Shown in pieces: positions 30,442 through 37,847 of a stretch of 64,000 bases of DNA. Made by a program: the position numbers and the translations under genes. Origin of the DNA: an uncultured beta proteobacterium (GTDB lineage: Bacteria; Pseudomonadota; Gammaproteobacteria; Burkholderiales; SG8-41); the NCBI GenBank assembly GCA_963699525.1, contig CAVOUI010000012.1, positions 47,839 through 111,838 on the forward strand. Reading direction: 5' to 3'. Under the pieces are notes generated by a model, which saw only the letters and a list, made by a program, of their open reading frames with translations, was not told the DNA's origin and did not search any database. Position 1 is the first letter of the stretch. Every line of letters starts with the position of its first letter.

Positions 30442-31083
30442 ATGCCGCGCGGTAACGGTCCGTTCACTCACCTGGACGAGGCGGCGCTGCGCGCGCTTGC
30501 GCCGCACGGCGTCGCGCGGGCGTTTCCGAAGAACGCGGTCGTCGTGAACGAGGGCGACGACTCCGACTCTCTTTACGTTCTGCTTGCGGGCCGCGTCAAG
30601 GTATTCATCACCGGGGACGACGGCCGGGAGGTCGTGGTCAACGTCATCGAAACGGGCGACTATTTCGGCGAGATGTCGATCGACGGTGGGTCACGCTCCG
30701 CGTCGGTGATGACGCTCGAGCCTTGCCGTTTCTTCATCATCCCCCAGGGCGACGTAAAAGGGCTGCTCACGGCGAACCCGCAGTTTGCACGCGACCTGAT
30801 CGAGAAGCTGATCGGAAAGGTGCGGTCGCTCACCGGCAAGGTGCGTGACCTGGCGCTGAAGGACGTCTATGGGCGGTTCGTGCGGTTCACGGAGGAGAAC
30901 GCCGTCGAGCGCGACGGGGGGCGGGTGATTCCCGAGCGCCTGACCCAGCACGAGATCGCCGCCCGCATCGGCGGCTCGCGGGAGATGGTGAGCCGCATCC
31001 TCCGGGACCTCACCGCCGGGGGGTATCTTGCGGTGGACGGCAAGCACCTCCGCATCCTCAAGAAGCTGCCCGAGCACTGGTAG
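30442..31083 (+). CDS. Crp/Fnr-family transcriptional regulator
   Basis: cNMP-binding fold (GDYFGEMS) and a C-terminal HTH (RIGGSREMVSRIL). Confidence 0.85.
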   Translation: MPRGNGPFTHLDEAALRALAPHGVARAFPKNAVVVNEGDDSDSLYVLLAGRVKVFITGDDGREVVVNVIETGDYFGEMSIDGGSRSASVMTLEPCRFFIIPQGDVKGLLTANPQFARDLIEKLIGKVRSLTGKVRDLALKDVYGRFVRFTEENAVERDGGRVIPERLTQHEIAARIGGSREMVSRILRDLTAGGYLAVDGKHLRILKKLPEHW

Positions 31084-31213
31084 GCCCCCAAAATGTGCAT
31101 ATGACACATTTTCCCCGCGTCAGGTGACGCCGCTTCGCCGCGCGGGTTCCGCCAATATGGCCTCCATCGGGAAGGCGAAACCCGCCTCCCGGTCAACCAA
31201 CTGGAGGGGGCAC

Positions 31214-31378
31214 ATGGACTACACGATTCTGGTTAACCTGCTGTGGGACCTGGCGACTGGCGTTTCCGTAGGGCTCCTGGTGTACGGCGGCTGGCTGTGC
31301 GTGCAATACCGGTTCGGCGTTGACGAGGGCGAAGAGCGCAAGGCCGACGCCGCTCTGACGCACGTTATCCTTCTCTGA
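31214..31378 (+). CDS. Small membrane protein (54 aa), hypothetical
   Basis: GGAGGGGG Shine-Dalgarno 4 nt upstream of the ATG. Confidence 0.35.
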   Translation: MDYTILVNLLWDLATGVSVGLLVYGGWLCVQYRFGVDEGEERKADAALTHVILL

Positions 31379-31410
31379 AAAAAAATGGCCGAGGGGTTAG
31401 CCTCGGCCAT
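31378..31410 (-). terminator. Rho-independent terminator for the SPFH gene
   Basis: GGCCGAGG-GGTTAG-CCTCGGCC hairpin followed by an 8-T run on the minus strand. Confidence 0.75.
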
Positions 31411-31427
31411 TCAGGGCGCAGTAGGGC

Positions 31428-32573
31428 TCATCGGATCTTCACCAGATCCTTGAGCACCGCGTCGAGGCCGCCGAATACCGAGATCTTGTCGATCTTCTCG
31501 GTGACCTTCTCCAGCGTCTCCAGCTCCTTCAGCCGCAGCGCGGTCGGGTTGTCTTCCATCACTCGCGCGGTGTTCAGCAGCGAGCGGGTCGCAGCGGTTT
31601 CTTCGCGACGGCGAATGACGTTCGCCAGCGCGATCTTCTCCGCCTCCACCACCTTCGCCAGGATCACCTTCATTTCACCCGGCAGGATGATGTCCTTTAC
31701 GCCGACCGAGTCGACTTCCAGGCCGAAGCCTTCGACACGGCGCTTGATGTGCTCTGCCACGACCTGGTCGACCTGGACCTTGTTCTCCAGCAGCTCGTCC
31801 AGGGTGCGGGTGCCGATCGCAGCGCGCAGGCCGAACTGGAGCTCCTTGTACAGGTAGTCCACCGGCTTGGCCTGCTTGGCGAAGGCCTCACGCACGTCGG
31901 TCACGCGGTAGCCTGCGTTCAGGTTCACGCGCAGCGGCACCTTGTCCTTGGTCAGGATCTCCTGGCCCGCCACTTCGATTACCTGGAGGCGCAGATCGAC
32001 GAACTCGACGCGCACGTCGCGGCCGAAGCGGAAGTACGCCCGCAGGCCGGCATCCAGCACGTCGACCAGCTTGCCGTCGACGTAGAGGACGCCCGCGTGG
32101 AACTGCGGCACCTGCACGCCGTACACGCCCTCGGCGCCCTTCACCAGCGCCTTGAAGCCGGTGCCGGTGAACGCGACGAGCTGCGGGACGAGCTTGGCGC
32201 CGACCTCGAAGTCCTTCTCGATGTCGATGCGCTCGAAGCGCAGGTCGATGTAGCCCTTGAAGTACAGGCGGCGGGTGTTCGGCGCCAGCACTTCGGCGAG
32301 CACGCCGTTCTCGAAGCGCAGGCCGACTTCCGCCGGGCCCAGCGCCACGACGTGGAACTCGCGCTCCACGATCGCCGGCTCGGCCTTCACCAGGTACTCC
32401 GCCAGGCGGTGCTCGAAACGCGGCTCGGCGAGCGCGAACTTCTCCGCGGTCAGCCGCTGCAGCGGGTCGAAGCGCAGGTGCTCGCCCGGGCCCAGGATCT
32501 CGACGAAGTCGCCGTGGTCGAACAGGAGCGCGCGTTCGTCCTTCTTCACATGAAACTTCTGAAACAGCATCAT
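31428..32573 (-). CDS. SPFH/band-7 domain protein (slipin-like)
   Basis: 381 aa, SPFH core, C-terminal coiled coil. Confidence 0.8.
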   Translation of the reverse strand: MMLFQKFHVKKDERALLFDHGDFVEILGPGEHLRFDPLQRLTAEKFALAEPRFEHRLAEYLVKAEPAIVEREFHVVALGPAEVGLRFENGVLAEVLAPNTRRLYFKGYIDLRFERIDIEKDFEVGAKLVPQLVAFTGTGFKALVKGAEGVYGVQVPQFHAGVLYVDGKLVDVLDAGLRAYFRFGRDVRVEFVDLRLQVIEVAGQEILTKDKVPLRVNLNAGYRVTDVREAFAKQAKPVDYLYKELQFGLRAAIGTRTLDELLENKVQVDQVVAEHIKRRVEGFGLEVDSVGVKDIILPGEMKVILAKVVEAEKIALANVIRRREETAATRSLLNTARVMEDNPTALRLKELETLEKVTEKIDKISVFGGLDAVLKDLVKIR

Positions 32574-32982
32574 TTTCGTTCTCCTTTCCTTGTCTAAAAC
32601 ACATCGTTGCGATCAAGCGCAGCACGTCGGCTTCGCGCTCGGTCAGGCGTACGGTCTGGTCCACGACATCCTCCTTCACCACTACCGCTGTTCACTCCGC
32701 TTTTCCTTTCGCCCACCGCCTCGTCAACAAAAACGGGAATCCGGCCTCCCGAACGCCCGGCGGGCTCCGCCGCGCGCGCGAGGGAAGACAGCCGCGCCTT
32801 GCGCCCCGCTCATCCCGCCCGTTGCTCCGGACGGGGTGCGCCGGCTCGCTCGGCTGTTGCCGCTTCGCCCGCGAGCGCCGCACGGCGCTCTCGGTCTGGC
32901 GCCCGGTGCCTGCACGGCGGTGCTCTGCCGCGCATGCTGAAGCCGGCCCCGGTACTACGGTTAAAGGCACTTGCGATGCCCT

Positions 32983-33052
32983 TAGTTGGAGCGGGAGTCG
33001 AACCCGCGACTCGTCGATTACAAGTCGACTGCTCTACCTACTGAGCTATCCA
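32983..33052 (-). tRNA. tRNA-Thr(TGT)-like remnant: the D, anticodon and T arms are intact but the 5' acceptor strand is missing or unpaired (pseudo-tRNA)
   Basis: Anticodon arm GTCGA-CTTGTAA-TCGAC, T arm GCGGG-TTCGACT-CCCGC; it starts directly after the CCA of the next tRNA; acceptor pairing is only 4 of 7. Confidence 0.4.
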
Positions 33053-33125
33053 TGGCGACGGATATGGGAGTCGAACCCATGACCTCGGTCGTCCGGACCG
33101 CGCTCTACCGCTGAGCTAATCCGTC
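33053..33125 (-). tRNA. tRNA-like gene with a 5-nt anticodon loop (CGGAC); identity undetermined
   Basis: Perfect acceptor GACGGAT/ATCCGTC, D arm GCTC/GAGC, T arm ATGGG-TTCGACT-CCCAT, G73 and CCA; the anticodon stem CGGTC/GACCG closes a 5-nt loop. Confidence 0.5.
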
Positions 33126-33256
33126 CAACATCCGCCGCTCCCGCGCCGCGGTACACGCCAAGCCGATGTTTCAGGCCGAGCGCGCCAGGGAGGACTCACG
33201 AGCCTCGCCCGCTGCGATGTTTCGCGTTCACGACGAATTCTGTGCAGGGATGTGGC

Positions 33257-33323
33257 TGGGGTGATCCGCCGGATTCGCACCGGCACTCCCGGAGTCACGG
33301 TCCGGTGTGCTGCTGTTACACCA
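33257..33323 (-). tRNA. Degenerate tRNA-His-like remnant
   Basis: Anticodon arm CCGGA-CCGTGAC-TCCGG (GTG), T arm GCCGG-TGCGAAT-CCGGC, 3' GGATCAC-C-CCA; the D arm and 5' acceptor are degraded. Confidence 0.35.
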
Positions 33324-33337
33324 GGATCTCCGTTGTC

Positions 33338-33413
33338 TGGCTGTCCAGGCAGGCTTCGAACCTGCACGCCTCGCGTTAACAGCGCGCCGCTCTACCGGTT
33401 GAGCTACTGGACA
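33338..33413 (-). tRNA. tRNA-Asn (GTT)
   Basis: Canonical cloverleaf, loop CTGTTAA, CCA encoded. Confidence 0.85.
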
Positions 33414-33418
33414 AAAGC

Positions 33419-33493
33419 TGGTACCGGCCCACGGAATTGAACCGCGCGTCGCCCGCTTATCGGGCGGGTGCTCTGCCGTTGAGCTAGACCGGC
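33419..33493 (-). tRNA. tRNA-Ile (GAT) with C33 in place of the universal U33
   Basis: Anticodon loop CCGATAA; acceptor has two G-U pairs; T loop TTCAATT. Confidence 0.7.
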
Positions 33494-33498
33494 GAAAC

Positions 33499-33573
33499 GG
33501 GCGAGGGCGCCTGGATTCGAACCAGGGACATCCGGCTTCAGAGGCCGGCGTTCTACCGCTGAACTACGCCCCG
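33499..33573 (-). tRNA. tRNA-Gln (CTG), distinct in sequence from the 710 and 10589 copies; no CCA encoded (CCC follows)
   Basis: Anticodon arm CCGGC-CTCTGAA-GCCGG; T arm CCTGG-TTCGAAT-CCAGG; 1:72 is a C-C mismatch. Confidence 0.7.
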
Positions 33574-33577
33574 ATAC

Positions 33578-33653
33578 TGGCGCTTCCCCTCCGTTACGAT
33601 CGGAGCTCTCCGGCTCTTCAGGCCGGCGCTGTCACCAGATCAGCTAGAGAAGC
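33578..33653 (-). tRNA. tRNA-Phe (GAA) with a T-loop ATCGTAA (A54/T58 swapped relative to the canonical T54/A58)
   Basis: 76 nt; loop CTGAAGA; otherwise a regular cloverleaf with CCA. Confidence 0.7.
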
Positions 33654-33659
33654 CTGTGT

Positions 33660-33738
33660 TGGTGCCCCGGGCGTCGATTCGAACGCGCGTCCTCCTGCGT
33701 ACTAGGCAGGCGCTCTTCCGGCTGAGCTACGCGGGGCG
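33660..33738 (-). tRNA. Defective tRNA-like gene with anticodon AGT (Thr-like): one extra nucleotide before the D stem and an unpaired T stem
   Basis: Anticodon arm CCTGC-CTAGTAC-GCAGG; the T-loop TTCGAAT has non-complementary flanks GCGCG/CGACG. Confidence 0.4.
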
Positions 33739-33815
33739 TGGTGGTTCCGCTTCGATTCGAACGAAGGATTCCCGGGTTATGAGCCCGGTGCTTTGAGCCG
33801 CTAAGCTACGGAACC
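33739..33815 (-). tRNA. tRNA-Met (CAT), elongator type (G1-C72 paired)
   Basis: Perfect cloverleaf GGTTCCG...CGGAACC-A-CCA. Confidence 0.9.
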
Positions 33816-33822
33816 TCGTGTC

Positions 33823-33898
33823 TGGTACTCGGTGATGGTCTCGAACCATCGACCTCCTGTTTGTAAGACAGGCGCTCTGCCTTCTGAGCTAACCGAGC
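33823..33898 (-). tRNA. tRNA-Val (TAC)
   Basis: Loop CTTACAA; canonical arms; CCA. Confidence 0.9.
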
Positions 33899-33899
33899 A

Positions 33900-34121
33900 T
33901 GGTCGGCGCGGCAGGAGTTGAACCTGGCCCGCGGAGGGCGGAGCAGTGCCTGCGCCCCTTGGCGTAGGTGCGACCCCGTAGCGGGCCGAGCGCGCCGGTT
34001 TCATTCCGCGGGCCTATGCACGCCTTTGCGGTCGCATCCCCATGAATGGGGCCCCTGCTCCACGCTCCGGCGCGCCTTTCTGATTAAGAGTCAGCTACTC
34101 TGCCTGTTGAGTTACGCGCCG
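33900..34121 (-). tRNA. Split or interrupted tRNA-Lys (CTT): the 5' part (34075-34121: acceptor, D arm, anticodon arm) and the 3' part (33900-33927: T arm, acceptor, ACCA) are separated by ~147 bp of non-tRNA sequence
   Basis: 5' acceptor CGGCGCG pairs 7 of 7 with 3' CGCGCCG; anticodon arm GCTGA-CTCTTAA-TCAGA; T arm CCAGG-TTCAACT-CCTGC; the insert starts CGCGCCGG (a copy of the 3' acceptor) and contains the hairpin CCCCATTCATGGGG. Confidence 0.5.
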
Positions 34122-34129
34122 TGAAATCG

Positions 34130-34205
34130 TGGCGACGCTGGCGGGAGTCGAACCCGCGGCTTCTCGCTCGACAGGCGAGCACTCTGGCCGCTGAGTTACA
34201 GCGTC
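34130..34205 (-). tRNA. tRNA-Asp (GTC)
   Basis: Loop CTGTCGA, G73, CCA. Confidence 0.9.
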
Positions 34206-34214
34206 GTTCGAAAA

Positions 34215-34293
34215 TGGCGCCCCCGGAAGGATTTGAACCCTCGACCTCGCGGGCCGTGACCGCGCGCTCTGCGATTCCCTGAGCTACGGGGGC
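34215..34293 (-). tRNA. tRNA-Arg (ACG) with an 11-nt D loop and an atypical anticodon loop TCACGGC (C33)
   Basis: Perfect acceptor GCCCCCG/CGGGGGC; anticodon stem CGCGG/CCGCG. Confidence 0.65.
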
Positions 34294-34299
34294 AATTGT

Positions 34300-34376
34300 T
34301 GGTCTCGCCGGCAGGATTCGAACCTGCGGCCTCCCCGTCCCGAACGGGGCGCGCTGACCTGCTGCGCTACAGCGAG
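34300..34376 (-). tRNA. tRNA-Pro (CGG)
   Basis: Loop TTCGGGA, A73, CCA. Confidence 0.85.
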
Positions 34377-34379
34377 AAA

Positions 34380-34451
34380 TGTTCCCGGCCGGAATTGAAC
34401 CGGCATCTGCGGCTTGAAAGGCCGCCGTCCTCACCATTAGACGAAGGGAAC
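34380..34451 (-). tRNA. tRNA-Glu (TTC), no CCA encoded
   Basis: Glu-type 3-bp D stem GTC/GAC, loop CTTTCAA, T arm GCCGG-TTCAATT-CCGGC. Confidence 0.8.
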
Positions 34452-34455
34452 CCTT

Positions 34456-34529
34456 TGGGGCGGGCAGCGAGGATCGAACTCGCATCTCGACGCTGGCAAC
34501 GTCGCGCTCTACCGTTGAGCCATGTCCGC
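34456..34529 (-). tRNA. tRNA-Gly (GCC)
   Basis: Loop TTGCCAG, T arm GCGAG-TTCGATC-CTCGC, CCA; one A-C mismatch in the acceptor. Confidence 0.8.
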
Positions 34530-34625
34530 CCGGTATTGGCCACATCCCAAGTTGTAAAAGAACATTCCGCTTCATCCGGTCGCTATGCCGGAGCGGGACG
34601 GAAGCGCTTTGCTCCCGTCGAAATC

Positions 34626-34702
34626 TGGTGCCCCACCCGGGATTCGAACCCGGAGATCCATGTTTCTGAAACATGCGCGTATGCCGATTCCGCCAGCGGG
34701 GC
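34626..34702 (-). tRNA. tRNA-Leu (CAG)-like gene with a 5-nt variable loop (no long variable arm) but a Leu-type D arm
   Basis: TG-GCG-GAATCGGCATA-CGC D arm as in bacterial tRNA-Leu; anticodon arm CATGT-TTCAGAA-ACATG; variable GATCT; A73; CCA. Confidence 0.55.
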
Positions 34703-34704
34703 TT

Positions 34705-34749
34705 AAAAAACAAAAAGCCCGGGGACCTTTCGGTGCAACCCGGGCTTTT
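34705..34749 (-). terminator. GC hairpin plus a T-run (bidirectional A/T flanks) lying immediately 5' of the tRNA array
   Basis: AGCCCGGG-N15-CCCGGGCT with TTTTTGTTTTTT on the minus strand. Confidence 0.6.
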
Positions 34750-34993
34750 GGAAGAAGCGGACGTGGTACGCGTCACGCGTCTCCGGCAGCACGGGTCGTA
34801 CGGGCGCCTTCCTGCCGCGATTGCGCAAGCAACCGTGGGTCGTCGGACGCCTGGGGGTGCACAGGCACATGCCCCAGCGAGGCCCTTTGGGTAAGGCAAT
34901 CTGTCAATCCTGCAAGTCGCATTTCAATCCCATCCGTGTTGAAGTTCGTTCGTGCCCGTGTAACGCACTGCTACCAAACGCGTTGACACCCTG

Positions 34994-35030
34994 AAAACAA
35001 AAAGCCCGGAGCGCTTGCGCGGTCCGGGCC
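34994..35030 (-). terminator. Rho-independent terminator downstream of the TctC gene 35241-36227
   Basis: GCCCGGA-N12-TCCGGGC with TTTTTGTTTTC on the minus strand. Confidence 0.65.
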
Positions 35031-35240
35031 TTCGGAAAGCGGGTCTTCCGACCTCAATAGTCTCCCGAAGGCACGCGCGCGGGCCCCTCGCCGTTCTCAA
35101 GGCGATCGAGCGCCGGCTGAAAGGCGCTCGCTAGCAGGCCTGGCTGCCGTATTCCGCAAATGTTCGCTCGTAATCTCATGTTTCGCTCGATTGCAAGGGC
35201 GCGCATTCTGGACCGCTGCGTGCTTGAAGTCAAGACTTTT

Positions 35241-36227
35241 CTATTCGGCTTTCACGCCGGCGGCCTTCCAGACCTTCGTGCGCGTCGCGATCTCCTCGTG
35301 CACGAGCTTGTCGAACGCTTCCGGGGTGCTGCGCTTCACCGCCGCACCCAGGCCGGCGATGCGTTCGCGCGGTTCCGGCAGGTCGAGAACGCGGCCGGCT
35401 TCCGCGTTGAGCAGGTTGACGATCGGACGCGGTGTCCGGCCCGGCGCGAGCATTCCGTACCATCCTTGATACTCGAAGTTGGGCAGGCCGGCTTCCGCGA
35501 TGGTCGGCACGTCGGGCAGCGCCGGCGCGCGCTCGACGGTGGTCACGCCGAGCGCGAGCACCCGGCCGCTCCGGATGAGCGGCGACGCCGCGAGGACCGG
35601 CGAGAGCACGAACTGCACGCGGCCCGACATGACGTCGGTCAGCGTTTCCGGTGAGCCCCGGTAGGGCACGTGCACCGCGCCGATGCCGGCGGCGAGCTTG
35701 AACAGCTCTGCGCCGTAGTGCGGTCCGCTGCCGATCCCGGTGGAGGCGAAATTGAGCTGGCCCTTCTTCTCGCGCGCGAGCGCGATCAGCTCCTTGACCG
35801 ACTTCACTCCGAGAGAGGGCCCGACCACCAGCACGAGCGGCGTCGTCGCGAACTGCGTGATGCCGGAGAAGTCCTTGATCGCGTCGAAAGGGAGCTTTCC
35901 CGCGAAGAGCGCGACGCTGCCGGCAAAGTTGGAGCCGGTCACGAGGAGCGTGTGGCCGTCGGGGGCGGCCTCGGCGACGATGCTGAAGGCGATGATCCCG
36001 CCCGCGCTCGGGCGGTTGTCGATCACCACCGGGCGGCCCCAGCGCTCCGAGAGCTTGGGGCCGACGATGCGCGCGATGATGTCGGTCGCGCTGCCGGCAG
36101 TGAACGGCACCACGATTCGAACCGGCCGGGTCGGGTAGCTAGCATCCTTGGGAGTCGCCTGAGCACCCGCTACCGCGGAAATGCCCGCGGCGGCGAGTGC
36201 CAGCAGGACATGCAGGGCCTTGCGCAT
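35241..36227 (-). CDS. tctC: TctC-family substrate-binding protein
   Basis: Signal peptide, IVVPFTAGSATD. Confidence 0.85.
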   Translation of the reverse strand: MRKALHVLLALAAAGISAVAGAQATPKDASYPTRPVRIVVPFTAGSATDIIARIVGPKLSERWGRPVVIDNRPSAGGIIAFSIVAEAAPDGHTLLVTGSNFAGSVALFAGKLPFDAIKDFSGITQFATTPLVLVVGPSLGVKSVKELIALAREKKGQLNFASTGIGSGPHYGAELFKLAAGIGAVHVPYRGSPETLTDVMSGRVQFVLSPVLAASPLIRSGRVLALGVTTVERAPALPDVPTIAEAGLPNFEYQGWYGMLAPGRTPRPIVNLLNAEAGRVLDLPEPRERIAGLGAAVKRSTPEAFDKLVHEEIATRTKVWKAAGVKAE

Positions 36228-36247
36228 GCGCTCCTCCTGTTGCGAAG

Positions 36248-36541
36248 TTACTCCACTCCGGGAACGATGCGCAGGTCACGCACCGCGCCGTCACCGAGCG
36301 CCTTCAGGGCCGCCTGGTAGCCAGGGCTGTCGTGCACGGCCATCGCCTTCTCGACGCTCTCGAACTCGATGACGACGACGCGCTCCATGGCACCGTGCTC
36401 GTACACCTTCGTCGGATTGCCGCGCACCAGGAATTTCGCGCCGGATTTCTCCATCACCGGTGCCGCCAGCTTGCGGTAGGCATCGACTTTTGCCGGGTCC
36501 TTGATGGAGCGGAACATGTTGATCCAGTAGCCCTTGGCCAT
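36248..36541 (-). CDS. DUF1330-domain protein
   Basis: 97 aa; matches the family pattern. Confidence 0.65.
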   Translation of the reverse strand: MAKGYWINMFRSIKDPAKVDAYRKLAAPVMEKSGAKFLVRGNPTKVYEHGAMERVVVIEFESVEKAMAVHDSPGYQAALKALGDGAVRDLRIVPGVE

Positions 36542-36562
36542 GGCGATTCTCCCTGTCGTGTC

Positions 36563-37216
36563 TTACTTCGGCTGCGCCACCACGCGCAGGTAGGGCTTCA
36601 GCGTCTTGAAGCCCTGCGGATACTTCTTCTTCGCGTCCTCGTCGGAAACCGAGGTCGGGATGATGACGTCGTCGCCCGGCTTCCAGTTGACCGGCGTCGC
36701 GACCGTGTGCTTTGCGTTGATCTGCAGCGCGTCGAGCAGCCGCAGCACCTCGTCGAAGTTGCGGCCCGCGGACATGGGATAGACCAGCATCGCCTTGACC
36801 TTCTTGTCGGGCCCGATGATGAACACCGAGCGGATCGTCGCGTTGTCCACCGCCGTACGCTTCCCGCCGCTCGCGTTGGGATGGATCATGTCGTAGAGCT
36901 TGGCCACGTGCAGGTCGGCGTCGCCGATCATCGGGTAGTTGACCGCGTGCCCCTGGGTTTCCTTGATGTCGTTGACCCAGGCCTTGTGGTCGCTCACGGG
37001 ATCCACGCTCAACCCGATGATCCTGGTGTTGCGCTTGTCGAACTGCGGCTTCAAGCCGGCCATGTAGCCCAACTCGGTGGTGCAGACGGGCGTGAAATCC
37101 TTCGGATGCGAGAACAGGATTGCCCATTTGTCCCCGATCCACTTGTGGAATTGAATCGGCCCCTCGGTGGTTTCGGCAGTGAAATCCGGTGCTTCGTCAC
37201 CAATGCGTATCGCCAT
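36563..37216 (-). CDS. 1-Cys peroxiredoxin (Prx6-type)
   Basis: PKDFTPVCTTE. Confidence 0.85.
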   Translation of the reverse strand: MAIRIGDEAPDFTAETTEGPIQFHKWIGDKWAILFSHPKDFTPVCTTELGYMAGLKPQFDKRNTRIIGLSVDPVSDHKAWVNDIKETQGHAVNYPMIGDADLHVAKLYDMIHPNASGGKRTAVDNATIRSVFIIGPDKKVKAMLVYPMSAGRNFDEVLRLLDALQINAKHTVATPVNWKPGDDVIIPTSVSDEDAKKKYPQGFKTLKPYLRVVAQPK

Positions 37217-37475
37217 GTTCGATCTCCATAAGGTGAGTGAGGAAATTCGGCGGCATGCGACGCATGCGGCCTCTGCGTCTCCGGGTATCCGGCAGGGGGT
37301 TCGATACCGTCCTCGGCGCGGCGTTCAGTCCAGAATGGAAGGGCGATATTACTCCAGGATAAAAGCGGAGGGAGCGGGACGGAATGGGACCCCTGCAACT
37401 CGCGCCCCCGCGGGCGGCCGGAATGGTAATCTGTCTCCCCGCTCACGCGGTTTGCCGTCCTCAAGGAGGATTCTC

Positions 37476-37835
37476 ATGACGCTGAAGCTCAATCATCTGC
37501 ATCTGAAGACCAAGGATCCGGACAAGACGGCGAAGTTCTACGTCGACACGTTCGGCGCGAAGATCCTGAACAAGAATCCGCGGGGCGGCTACCGCCTCGA
37601 TCTGCTCGGGCTGCACCTCAACGTCACGGACTTTCTCGAGGACCAGACGCGCGAGCAGAAGTACGGCATGGAGCACATCGCCATCGACACCGACGAGCTC
37701 GACGCGTTGGTGGAGACGCTCAAGGCCCAGGGCATCCCCATTCTCGAGCAGACCGTCGTTTCGGGCGGGCGGCGGGTGTGCTTCTTCCAGGGGCCGGATG
37801 GGGTGCAGCTCGAGTTCATCGAAATCAAAAAGTGA
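37476..37835 (+). CDS. VOC (glyoxalase/bleomycin-resistance) family protein
   Basis: AAGGAGGA Shine-Dalgarno; 119 aa. Confidence 0.75.
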   Translation: MTLKLNHLHLKTKDPDKTAKFYVDTFGAKILNKNPRGGYRLDLLGLHLNVTDFLEDQTREQKYGMEHIAIDTDELDALVETLKAQGIPILEQTVVSGGRRVCFFQGPDGVQLEFIEIKK

Positions 37836-37847
37836 TGGGAGAAAAGC

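Noticed and set aside
33900-33996. 97-nt element read as tRNA-Sec (selC)
   Set aside because: The length and long arm suggested Sec, but no TCA anticodon loop or 8/5 acceptor/T stem geometry can be drawn. It is the 3' part of the split tRNA-Lys plus insert.
33928-34074. Group I or II intron inside tRNA-Lys
   Set aside because: ~147 nt is too short and it is located in the variable region rather than the anticodon loop; no P/Q/R/S-like elements were seen by eye.
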